Shown one piece after another: positions 34,901-48,909 of a DNA stretch of 64,000 nucleotides; position 1 is the first letter of the stretch, and each line of letters opens with the position of its first letter. This DNA is from Isurus oxyrinchus (taxonomy: Eukaryota). The stretch is taken from NCBI GenBank assembly GCA_026770705.1, contig JANJGN010000035.1, forward strand, positions 13,144,001-13,208,000, in the 5' to 3' direction. Below the pieces are notes generated by a model, which saw nothing but the letters and a program-made list of their open reading frames with translations, ran no database searches and was not told the DNA's origin. A program made the translations under genes and the position numbers.

Positions 34901-37900
34901 TGACAGCCATATGTTTTTTTACAATATTCAAAAATTTCATGCGATTGTTGGAAAGATTATAAAGAGATGGTTAATACTTGTATTAAAGTGAACAATAATT
35001 TGATCTTTTCAAAGAGGTCTGTGCTGATAATAGTTTGATGTCAGCTGTGATTTGCAGATTAAAGCATTTTTTAGCTTTACTGCAATTGGTCAATTGAGTA
35101 TTAATTATGCATTTAAGGTCAATAATGGAATAAAAAATATATATTTATTCTGATTACTGCATTGAAAAAATGATAAATCCTGACTGTATTTATAGGATTG
35201 AAAAATATTTCATCTTTCACTGTGATTTATCGATTGATATTTTTACAGATATACTACATTTATTCTATTCATAATTCAACTATTTACTGTGATGATTGCA
35301 TAGAACAAGTAATTACCTTTTCTTGCATTTACTGGACTGCCTAAGTTCACATAGTTATAATGATTTTATTAAATGATAATTATTGTTGGAACTATGATTA
35401 GAAACTCAGAATTTATTGGACTGCTTAATGAGTAGATATGTAGAACAGTTACTTGTATTGAAATGAACTTAGTATTTGCTACATTTATAAATTACTTGAA
35501 TCTGATGTCTCCTCTCTGTATTGGATTGAAAATCTGTGCTGGTCATTCTGATTGATGAAGTAACCAATTATTGGATAGTCAAGTTATTTATTAGACTTGG
35601 TAATTATTTGAAATGTTTTCTAATGACTGGACTGAATTATATTTGGGCATATGCTATAGTGGTGAAAACAATTAGCTCTCTGGTGTAAGTATTGAAGTGA
35701 AAATGTATTAGGTATTTTTAAACCATTTTGGGCTAATAATAATAATTGGATATTAACTCTGTTTCTTGAACTTACCATGTGAAGACTTTTACTGCGATGC
35801 ATGGTCTGGAAATGAATGATATTTTAAGGTGATAATTGAACTAACCAGTATATGGACTTATATTTTCTTATTGAACAATGATTCGATTTTTTTTCTGAGA
35901 ATTTCTGACATGCACAAATTAGTTATATGCAAGTATCAGTGAGCTGAACAACAGTTATAAATTTAATGTGATTATTGAATTGTGTAACATTCAGAAATAA
36001 ACTGTAATACAATACAGAAAAATAGTTAGATATTTGCACATTGATTGGCTTCAACGTTTGTTCACTATGATTATTCATCTGAGCATCAATCAGATTTTTA
36101 CTGTAACTTTTTGAATGATATTCAGTAAGATGTTACTTTGTATATTAGAAAACGCATATACTTACTGCAGTTATTGAACAGAGCAATTTTGAATCTTATA
36201 ATTGCTTAGCAATTTGAAATTCACTATCTTTGATAGAGCGAAGAACTAAAAATATTGTTTGATCATAGGAGGGTCAATACATACATATTTAAATAGGTCA
36301 ATCTTATACTATCAGTAGATATCTTGAAAGTGGTTTGGAGCGATAATGATGAGATATTCGCCATGCACTGGAAAATGAAAATGCAGTTGTGAGACTGAGA
36401 GATTTAAAACAAAAGATAGACATGTACTGTGACAGCAAGTCTGAACGATACTTTGATATAGGTATGGCAGAATATCAGTGTTTTCTGTGAGATGCAGACT
36501 GATCAATAGTTTGAAAGAAACTGTGATTATGGCGTTGAAAAATAATTCTAAGTTTTTTTTGCTTTGATTAGACTGGAGAATAATAAAGTATGTACTGTGA
36601 TTAATGAACTAAAAATAATAGCATGCACAATGTTTTTATCATCCTTAACAATAACATGAATTTAATTGAATTGTTAGGTTAAACAACAAGGAAAAATAAT
36701 CAATAGATATTTAAAATTTATATACAAGGAGCAATACTTAGCCACTTTGAAAGATGATTGCACTGGTAACAATTCGACATCTGCTGTGCCAAAGGAACAG
36801 AAAAAAAAACAATTACATTTGATACATTCCAGGTAGTGAAAATAATTAGACATTTTATGGTAATTATTGAACTGAACAGATGATGATGTTTATTGTCTGA
36901 TTAGTGTGCTGAAAATGGTTACATTAGAACAATTAGGAGTTTAAGGTGATATTTCGATGGAAAATCATGGATATTTACTGTGATTATTATTATCAGCTGA
37001 TCATTATTTTGATATTTTCTGTCGTGGTTACACAGAACAAAAGTTACTTGTTCCATGTTTTATTCAGCTTTCATATTTACAGATTTGCTGTAACAATTTG
37101 CTTGGAAAATAATTACATTTTCTTTAATTATATGAACAATGATCAGAGACAAACTGTAGTTAGTGGGTAAAATAATACGTGCATACTTACAGCCTATATT
37201 ACTTTGAAATACAGTTTTCATTTGCTGCATTTATATGAAACAATGATATTTTGTTTATGCTGTGGATTGGACTGAAATATCTGCATCTTTTCATGGTGAT
37301 TAACCAACAAAACAGTCATAGAATGTTAGAATTGTTAACTGCTATAGAAAATACTATGATAACAGGCCTGAACAATATTTGGACATATAGCCAGGTTATT
37401 GGACTCAAAATAATTAATGGCTTTATATTTGTATTAGTGTGAAAAATAATACATTTGCAAAGCATGTTGACTAACACTAACTTGAAATTACTTGTCATTT
37501 TTGGATTGAAAATTGGAAAGACATTTACTGCTATTCATGGAATGAGAAATAATTAGATTTTACTCTGAAAAATCAACTAAAACCTTATCAGCTATTAAAT
37601 GTCTTTATTGGCTTAAAATAATTATAAAGTCACCAAGGATTTAGGAATGGCATTAATTAGCTATGCACTGCTACTAGTGGAATGATAATAAATATAAATT
37701 TATTTTCAGTAATGGACTGGACAATATTTACATGATTTTCAATAATGTAGGATTGACAATGAGTTCACATTTAGTGTAATTATTTATGTAAATGGGATTT
37801 TAACTGGTTTGATTGTACTAAACAATTATTTGAAATACATATGGTTTTTAGAATGAAAACATTTAGATGTTTTATGATTTAATTGGAAAGACAATTATTT

Positions 37901-40900
37901 GATATTTAGTATCATTATTGAAGTCAATAATAATTAGAGCCATTCAGATGGGTGTGGAATGATTAGACTCAGAATAATTAAATATTTCTTAGGGCTTATT
38001 TTATTGAAAAATATTTGGATACTTTAAATCGTTTTGCATTTATAATAACTGGATGATCATTATGGCTATCAGACCAGGATTGAAAAGGCATTTCCTGAGA
38101 CTCTTGTCTGCAAATATAATTAGGTATTACTGTGACCACTGCACTAAGTGATACATGGATTTTACATGTGTATGTTGCACGCATCAATAATAAGAAATTT
38201 TCAAAGAATTTCGGATCAGCAGTAATAAGCCACATGCTGTTTCTCATTGGTCCGAACAATAATTCAAAATTTCACACGAATTTTGGACTGAACTACATTT
38301 AGAAATGAACCGTAATTATTGGAAGGAAAAATAATGAAATAATCAGAGCATCTATTGGACTGAACAATAATTTGATGTTTACGGTGCTTATTGACCTTAT
38401 TGAACAATAATCATGTTTAGTATAACTATTGGACTGCAGAATAATTCGATTATTTCTGTATGATGGCACTGAAAAACAGTTAGATGTTATGACTGTGCAA
38501 CAAATAAATATGTTAACAGTATTTACTGGGGTAAATAAAAAACGTGGAATTCACTGTAAATGCGGGACTGAACAATTGAAATACTGTGTGTTTATTGTAA
38601 TTAGAATAGAGTGTATTTAAAGTTAATATTCAAATGAACAAATAGTCGATGTTGTCAAAGCCGATCAGGTTGATTATGTTGAGATATTCACTGTGATTTG
38701 TGAACTGAAATATATATATGGAGTTCATGGAATGAACAATTTTTTAGACATATTCGGTGATTATTGGGCAATAAGTATTCAGATGTTGTCCTAAAGTTAA
38801 GAACTCTCAGGAGTACATTATTCAATAAAAGCTTGAAATAAACAATAATGAGCTGGTAACTATTTTTAAAAATTTAACTGAACAATAATTTGAAATTCAT
38901 CTGATTTGGAATGAAAGACATGTTGACAATTCCTTTGACAGTGAAAAGGCAATGAATAGATATTTGATGTTAATGTTGAAAGTGAACAATTATTAGATGC
39001 TTTAAAAATAGCACTATTGAGCATTTCTCTGTAATCAATGTGCTGAACAATTAATAACATTTACTACAATTGAGGGACTGGCTGATAATTATATATGTAT
39101 GATGAAGATTGGACTGAAGAAATGATGGGATACTTCCTCTTATTATTGCATGGAAAATTATTAATATTAATGTATTTAATGGAGTGAAAATTAAATATAC
39201 TTACAGGGATTTTCCATGCACAATATTTAGCCATTTACTTGTTTATTTCACTGATAAAACTTCAGATATAAACTGTAGGGTTTATCCAGAAAAAAAAAAA
39301 ATCGAATGATTTCATACCTTTATTACACTGCTGAAATTTACATATTTATTGTGATTTTTCGATTGGATGTGACTCATATTTCCGATGACTATTTTTGGAA
39401 CAATGATTAGAAACTAGCTTTACATATTGCACTGTATAATAAGCACATGCTTACAGCTGGAATTTCACTGAATATAAATTTATGTATTTCTATTTTACAA
39501 CTATCTAATGTTTAATCTATGAATTGGTCTGAAGAATATTTATCTATTCACTTTGATCAATTAGCGAAACAATTAGTGCCCGCTTTAATAGTTTATTGTA
39601 TTTGAGATTGACTTGAAATTTACCCTATGAAATGGACCAAACAATATTTGAGCAGGCAACAAGTTGATTGGACTGAAAATAAACTATACCTAATGCTGGT
39701 CTTAAAGTGAAAGATAATCCGACATTTTGAAGGCATGGTGGACTCATGGCAATTTGTTATTCGTTGTACTTCTTCGACTGATCATTTAAATATCTCGTTC
39801 TCTGATTCAGGGACTGGAAAGTCATATTTACTGTGACAATGGGACGGAACAATTGTTGCATTTTAAATCTCTTCATTGGACAGAACTGTACTTAGAAATT
39901 TACGACGGATCTGGAACCAATTATAATTGACACATAGTGTTGTCTGGCCAATAATTAGAAAATCGAAGTGTTTATTGCACTGAACAATATTTAGTGTCAA
40001 ACTCTTATTATTATCTTGAAATAATCATATAGCTGCTGTACCTATTGAACTGCAGAAAAATCAGGAATTATAGTTCCGTGTAAGCAACACAGCAAATATA
40101 TAAATCATGATCCGTGGAAATCTGAGAATTCTGAATTGAACAATAGCATTTAATGTCTAACGATTATAATGAATATTTCAATTTTGCTAATCCAATAAAA
40201 CACCTGATGATATTAATTATTTTTTTGTTGGCAGTCATCCTAATAAATATCTAAATTATAATCAGTGGATAATGGAGTTCGTATCAAAAAAAAAAAAATT
40301 GATGAGTCACTGTAACCATCTATTTGCTTGGCATTATAACACGAACATTACTGTAATTAAATCGGTTAAATATTCAAAGCAAAGGTATAATCACTTTTTC
40401 ACACCAATAATCACTAGAAATGTTTAATGATAACTTAATCATTAATTTAATTCCCCAGTCCACTAATCACAGCTAACATAGGATTATCATGATGCTAAAT
40501 ATCTTTGTTAACTTCAAAAGTAACATTGAATATCTATTTATTATCTTTCTACTTATCAAAGAAGAAGTCTAATTATTGTTCATTCTAAAAATAACATGAA
40601 TTTAATATAATTGCTCAGAACAACAAAGTCAGTAAATATCAACTGTTGTTGGGATTGTTCAACAATTACATTAAATATAAAATCTGGATTAACCAACATT
40701 CTTGGAAACATGATTATTGTCCCTTCAATGGAAAACGTAAATACATCTGTTGATTTTTTTGTCAGCATATTTAGGTTGCCATTTTTAGTGATTTTCAAAT
40801 TCCTGCTTAGTACAACAAAAAACCGTAACATACCAATGTTTCTTCATTCTATAAGAACATTACTTTATTTTTAGTGGACACAGAGATATGACCTGATCAT

Positions 40901-43900
40901 TCTTAAGTCCAGTAATCATATTAATCAACTGATTATTTCTCAGTTCACTAAACTCAATAAACATCTGATTATTGTTCAGTCCAATAAGCACTGCAAATCT
41001 CTAATTATTTTACAGTTCAGTACTTACAGCTTTTTTTTTTAATGTTGGCCAGTCCAACAGTTACTGTAAATTTCCAATTATTGTACAGATCACTACTTGA
41101 TGTATATGCATAATTATTGATGCCCAAAATCCTGATAAATGTCTAATTATTGTTCGGTTCAATTAACAGATTTATGATCGAAGTATTGTTTAGTTCAATT
41201 ATTATCCTAAAAGCTAATTATATTTCATGCCACTTATTGCAGTAAGTGACCTTTAAATGTTGAGTCCAAAATTGTGTGAAATATCGAAAAACTATTGGTA
41301 CAAAAAACATTGAAAATGTCTAAGTATTTTTCAATTCTAAGATTGAATAACTAATTTTTTTCAGTTCCAATATCTAGCTATATGTCCAAATGCAATTTAC
41401 TCCACTTAACAGAGTAAATTTCTATTAACGGTCATGTCCAATCAATAGTTCGAATGTTCTCTTGGTGTTTTGTTAATTAATCACAGCGAGAATCTGCTTT
41501 TTATTGAGTCTACTGTTGTTCTCAGCTGTTACATATAAATTCAGCAAATAAAAGATTCATGTTGAAAGCAATAATGACAATGTCAATATACTTATCATTA
41601 AGTCCAATGATTACAGTTTGTTTCTAATTATTGTTCAGACGATAATCAAAGGAAATATAAGTAGTGTTTAACTGAAGTGATTATGTATATTTCAGTAGCC
41701 CTATTAGGGAATGAAAACACAAATTATTGTTCTGTTTAGTCATCACAGGAAATATTTAAACTATGATCAGTGGAATAATCACATGGCATACCTAAGACTT
41801 GTCAATTGAAATATTAGGGTGAATATCTAACTATTTCAAGGCACTTTTAAATGCAATGATATTGCAATCATTTTTTCAGTGCAACAATTGCCAGGAATGT
41901 GTAATTATCGCTCACTGCATCAATTGTGCAAAGGAAATAATTGTTATGCCCCCAATCACATTGAATGCTGAAGTGCTATCCTCTTTGAAAGGATTTAATT
42001 ATTTTCACCTCAATGCAACCTAGATATTGAGAGAATTTCTTTTCAATGGTCACATGATGTGTCAAAGTATCGTTTGCTATAATACTGGTGTTACTGCCAC
42101 ATAGCTTTTAAGGTCAATAAAAACACTCAGTCTGCCTTTATTGTTTTGTTCAGCAGTACATAATTGCCATCCGGTCCACTTAATTAGATAGAAATATCAA
42201 GTTAATTTTCAATACCACGAACACTGTTCAGTCAAAAGTATTGGGTATCTGATAATTACAGCAAATAATAAATTCTTGCCAGGCAGGTTGAAAAAAGTAT
42301 ACAATTGATTATAATTTCGTCATTTTGGGAAAGCAATTAATATATATTTACTGGTTGGATTTAAGTTGAAAAAACCTCACATCTTTTCAAAGAGCTTTAC
42401 ATTGGTAATAGTTCGATATTCGCTTCAGTTCGGGGGCTGAACAGTTAAGAAACATTATTGGCATGAATTAACTCAGGAACAATTAGATTTTAATGGTGAT
42501 AATAGGTCTGAAACAATGATTGGATATTTGCTCTGATTATGTCTTTAAAAAATATTTAAATGCTAATTGTATTTGTAGGACCCTAAAAGCTGGTCAGAAT
42601 TTAAAAGTTTGGTGTTTACACGGAATGAGAATTAGACATTTCATGTTTTCATTGGGCTTACGAAACTTACATGTTTACCATGATTATTCGATTGAACAAT
42701 AGTTCTACTGACTTAGATTATTAACTGACAAATAGTTAGCAATAGACTGTAAGCACTGTACTTATTAAGTAAATGTTTACAACCTTTATTGCTTTGAAAA
42801 TGAATTTAATAATGCACTATTTGTATGTAACATCACCACAAAGTTTACATTGGACTGAAAATTAAACGGATTTTCACTATGATTATTCAACAAAACAATA
42901 CGTGGATGTAAAATGTGTTTACTGGACTTGACAATAAATGGGAACTTGTTCTGATAACTGGGCTGAATCGTATATGTACATGCAGCCAGATCAGTAGATG
43001 GAAAACATTTTGGTGTTTGAACTTAATATTGTAGCTAAAATTATTCATTATTTTTGAAGTGTTCTGATTAATAATAACTTTCATTGTTGTCATTATTGGG
43101 GTAAAAATTAAATCTTAATTGTGGCGTTCATGAACTGAACAAATTTCCAACATTTATAGCCACAATCACATCAGATAATATTAGATATTACTAAGAATTT
43201 AGAAATGTGTAGAACTCTAAATTTATTCTCATTATTGAGCTAACAAATGATAGGATGTTAGCAGGTTTCATTATACAGGATAATAGCTGAAAATTTATTT
43301 GAATTTCGCAATGAAAAGTATTCAGATATTTTCATATAATTATTGGAAAGACAAAATGATCAATGCTCTTATTAAAGTGAGCAACAATTTGATCTTTTTC
43401 AAAGAGGTTATGGCTGATAATTCAAAAGTAGCTATGAAAGAATTTGATAACTGTGCTGCAGTTGATGGATTGAACATTAATTATGTATTTATGGCAATTA
43501 GTGGAAAGAATAAATAACTAGATATTTGCTCTGATCATTGCACTGAAAAATGATGAACGCTGATTTTATTTTCAAATGAAAAATAATCACATATTTATGG
43601 TGCTTTATCGATTCATATTTTTGAAGATATACTAGGATTAAACTGCTGACCATAATTTAGTTATACACTGTGATGGTTACATGGGGAAAAAATAATTTTC
43701 TCATGTTTTTATTGGATGCTTAAATTTACATATTTAATGTACTTATTTCAATGAACAATAATTATTTTCTGAAGTGTGATTAGAAACTATCAGCGTTTAT
43801 TGGACTGCAGAATAAGTACATATTTGCAACAATAATTGGATTGAAATGAATTAATCATTTTCCACATTTTGAAATTTCATTAACCTGATGCCACTTCTCT

Positions 43901-46900
43901 GTATTGGATTGCCAAATCAGTGCTGGTTGTTGTGATTAATGAAGTAAGCATTAATTAGATATTAGGATTGTTAATTGGACTTGGTGATAATTTGAAATTT
44001 GTTCTCATTTATAGATGGACTTATATTTGGACATATACTTAGATTATTGTACTGAAAAGTAGCTGTCTGGTGTAAGTATTGATGAGAAAAACAATTAGAT
44101 ACTTTGAAATAATTTTGAACTAACGACATTTGCATATTCACTCTGTTTCTTGAACTGACTATATGAAACACTTTTAACTGCGATACATGGTCTGGAAATT
44201 AACCATTTGTAGAGCAATAATTGGAATAAACAGGATTTCGACTTTATATTTGTTTGTAGAACAATAATTGAAATTTTTCCAAGAACTTTGGGTTTGAGAA
44301 TAAGTATACTAGATATATACTAGTATCAATGGGCTGAACAACATTTGGAAATGTACTATTAATTGGATTGTGTAATATTTCATACAAACTGTAATAAAAT
44401 TTATGAACAAATATTTAGATATTTGGCGCATTCAGTGGATTGAAGTGAACATGATTGTTGATCTGAACAATAATCAAATGTTCACTGTGGCTTTTTGAAT
44501 GAAATACAGTTTGTTATTATTTTGTACGTGGCAAGATAAAGATACATATTTGTGCATTAGTTGAACTGAGAAAGTTTGGAATGTTTTGAATGTGATTTTG
44601 ATTAACTATAAAATTGAAATTCACTACGATTGATAGACTGTGATTTAATAACTAAAAATATCACCTGGTTTTAGGAAGGACAAACAATATACATTTAAAG
44701 TAGGCATCTTTATGCTATCATTGGATGTTTTGAAAGCGATTTTGAATAATAATGATTAGATATTCACTGTGAACTGAGAAATGAAAATATATTGGGGAGA
44801 CTCAGACTAAAAGAAAAAAAATGAACAGTTGACTAAAGGACTGAACGATATTTAGATGCTTGCTATGAACGTAGGTTGGACAAGTGATTTACTGTGATTA
44901 GCAGACTGAATAATTGCATTGCAGCTATGATTGGGGCACTGAACAATGATTCAAAGTTATTTGTGTTGATTCCACTGGAGAATAATTTAATATTTACTAT
45001 TATTGAGGAGTTAAAAATAATGGCATGCTAAATGCTTTTACTGACTGAACTTAACAATAGTATGAAATTCATTTAGTTTAGAGAATAAGCAATATGCACC
45101 ATTATTTGAAATGTTATCAATTGATACTTCATTGTAACATGCAATGAATAATCCTTAGATATTTTCAAAGAGAGTTACACTGATGTGCTTAAGGGACTGA
45201 TCAATTAATTAAGTTTGAGACAGTTCTGGTAGTGAGCAATAATAAGCATTTTTGTTGATTATCGGACTGAAGAAATGATTATGTTTGTTGTCTGCTTATT
45301 GCACTAAGAAATGATTGAACATGAATAATTATAAACTGAATGTGATATTACAATGGGAAATCATGGATATTTACCATGTTTATTCAGCTGATCATTCTTC
45401 AGATGTTTACTGAGTTGACTACACGGAGCATAAGTCACTCATTCCATGCTTCAATTAGACTTTCGTAACTTACATGTTTACAGTTAGTATCTGATGGAAC
45501 AATAATTATACTTTCTTTAATTCTTGCCTGAACAATAATTAGGAATGAACTGTAATTATTGGGCTCAATAATAGGTACATAGTTACACTGTGTTTTATAT
45601 GGGACATAAATTTTTTTCATATGCTGCATTTATATGTAATCATAATATGATGTTTACATTGTGAATTGCACTGACAAAATGGCAACTTTTCATTGTGATT
45701 ACTCAATGAAAGTGTAAGCGGATGCTGGAGTTCTTCATTGTTCTTGTGAAAAATTTGATTTCTGCTGTGATGACTAGACTCAACGGTATTTGGATATGTA
45801 GCTGGAGTATTGAACGCCAAGCAATCAGATTATTTAAACTTAGTATTATCATGCAATAATTATATCTTTCCAAAACATTTTGCCTAATGATAACTGAAAA
45901 TTCCTTGTCAGTACTGGGCTCAATAAGGAAAAGATACTGACTGCGGCTGATGGAATTAAAAATAATTAGGTTCCGCTAAGTTATGTGTTTATTGGGAAGT
46001 CCATAATTTGATACTCAATGAAACCAACAATAATTAGATCCGTTCAGAGAGGTTTGACATTATCAGACTGAGAACAGTTATATAATCCTTGATATTTATT
46101 GTACTGAAAAACAATTAGATATTCTTAAATAGTTTTGAATTAATTACAGCTACATAATTATTGTGGTGCAGACCAAAAATTTAAAATGCATGTTTGGATA
46201 TTCATAGCCTGAAGATCTAATTAGATATTACTGTGATAATTTGAATAAATGATAATTGGATTTTACATGTGCTTTTTCCACGCAACAATAATGAGAAATT
46301 TTCCAATTTGGGACCAGCAGTAATAAAATGTGTACTGCTGTCAGTGGTCAGAACAATAATTATCAATTTCCTGTGGTGTTTTTAGAAATTAACTGTAATT
46401 ATTGGACCAAGAAATAATTACATATTCTGTGTTTGGTGAACCGAACAATAATGAGATGTTTACTGTGCTTATTGAACTGAACAATAATCACATGTTTGCT
46501 TTAATTATTGAACTGAAGAATAATTCGATTATTTCTATGTGGATGGCACTGAAAAACAATTAATTGATTATGCAACGAGTAAATAATGGTATGTGAAGGG
46601 TTTTTATTGGTCTAAATCTAAATGTGAAATTCACGATAATTGCTAAATCAAAGAATTGAAATGTGTTTACTGTAATTATAATGTAAATCATTTAGATTTT
46701 ATATTCAAATTAGCAAATAGTTGTTGTTTTCAAAGCAGAATGGAGGATTGCACAATTGTTAGGCATATTCGCTGATTAGCAAGCCATAAATAAGTGAGTA
46801 ATCACAATGAAAAGTTACCTTTTTTTAGTGCAATATACAATGTTATCCAAGTATTAAGAATGCTCAGGAAAACAATGTTTACCAAAATCTTGAACCAAAT

Positions 46901-48588
46901 AATAATAGGGTGTTGACTTTTTTTATTGTACTGCACAAGAAGTTGAAATCCATATGAGTTTGGAATGAACAATATATTTTGACAATTTCCTGTGATGGTG
47001 GAAAGTCAATATATAGATATTCAACGTGAGAATTGAAGTCAATAATGATTGCAAATAGTATTGAGATTTTCTCTGTAATTAATGGGACAAACAATTAAGA
47101 AATTTTACAACAACTGAGGGACTGAGTCATAATTATAGAGTTGTAGCAGTTATTGGACTGATCGTGTGATGAGATACTTTCTCTTATTGTGGCATTGAAC
47201 ATGCTGGAAGAATTATAGCATTTATAGGACTAACACATTGGGTAATCACAATGATCATTGCATTTACAATATTTAGGTGTTGCTATGTTTATTTCACTGA
47301 TCAAACTTTATATAGCATTTAATCAGTAATATAGTTTGAATACTGTAGAAATTTCCGTTTTTACTTTGATTATTCCACTACTTTCGTAAAAATAATTAGT
47401 AACTAATTGTAAATATTGCACTATGTAAAATGTACATAAAACCATTATTGCACTGAATATGAATTTGTACATTTTAATGTTGGACAGATCTAATGTTTAA
47501 TCCTGCTTCGATCTGGTAAATATGTAGCTATTCACTTTGATTAATTAGCTAAGCATTGCATGCATGATATTATTGTTCATTCCACTTGATAACAACTGGA
47601 AATTCATTCTGTGAAAGGGTCTGAACAATACCTTGACAGCTAATCGGATGATTGGACCAAAAAAACGCAGTGATATATAATTCGATATTTTGAAGGTGTT
47701 CTGGACATATGGAAATTAAGAATTCGTTGTAACACTTAGATTTAATCATCATGGTCTATGATTCAGGGGCTGGAAAGGAATTAGATTTTATTGGGACCGT
47801 GGGATTAAACAATACTTGCATTTTAAAACTGATTATTGACTAGGTCTTTAATGAGGAAGTTCCAAAGAATCTGAAACCAGTTTTTAACTGATACACAATA
47901 GTGTTATTGGTCTGAGAAGTAATTGGGAAATGACTGTGATTATTGCATTGAATAATATTTAGAATTAAACTCCAATTATTATCTTGAAAATAATTAGACC
48001 TCCGTTGCAGTAATTGAACTGCAGAACATTCTGAAATTATACTTCTGTGTAAGCACCACAGCAAACTTCAAAACTATCATCAGTGGAATAATCACAATAT
48101 TGTCAATCAAACAACGAAATTCAATGTCTACTTATTTTCTATTTTTTAATTGCAATTAGATTACAAACATTTCCAGTGCACTGATCACAGAAAAAATCTG
48201 ATTTTTTTTTCAGTCCAATAATTACAGTATATATCTTACCATTGCTCAAGACATGAATTGTGGTAAATTCGGTTAATTGCTCAGTCCACTAATCAGAGGA
48301 GATGCTGAACTATTAACAATTCAATTCTCTTCGAAATGATTTCATTTATGTTCACTTTAATACCACCGTTAATGATCTATTGATAGTCTACCAATAATCA
48401 CACAACACCTTCAAATATGATTTTCTCTAATGGTTATATGAATTTACCATAAATGTTAAGGACAGCGAAAACACTTTTCATGAGATTGTTGTTTAGTCCT
48501 ATCATTTCTGTGCATAGCTCAAGTCCAATAAACACACAAAAAAAATCAAATTATTGTCCCATGCCACAAGGAGGCACTGAATAATTAG

Positions 48589-48909
48589 TGGAGGCGTAGT
48601 GGTATTGTCACTGGACTGGTAACCCAGAGACCAAGTGTAATTCTCTGGGGACCTAGGTTCGAATCTCACGAACGGAACATGGTGAAACTTGGATTCAATA
48701 AACATCTGGAACTTTTTTTCAAAGTGTAAAGATGAAACCATTCCCAAATGTCGTAAAACTCCATCTGGTTCACTAATGATCATTAGAGAAGCACTACACG
48801 TGATTCCAGACCAAAACAGTGTGTTTGACTCTTAAATGCTCTCTGAACAAGGCAAATTAGGGATGGGCCTAGCCAGCAACGCCCACATCTCATGAATGAA
48901 TAAAAAAAT
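48589..48909 (+). mobile_element. tRNA-derived SINE with LINE-shared 3' tail
   Basis: A-box-like GGCGTAGTGG, B-box GGTTCGAATC; tail ATTAGGGATGGG...GCCAGCAACGCCCACATCTCATGAATGAATAAAAAAA, shared with 56648-56778 and with LINE ends at ~61190 and ~62930. Confidence 0.85.

Noticed and set aside
48589-48675. tRNA gene
   Set aside because: A and B boxes are present, but there is no convincing cloverleaf and it runs into a SINE body and LINE-type tail.
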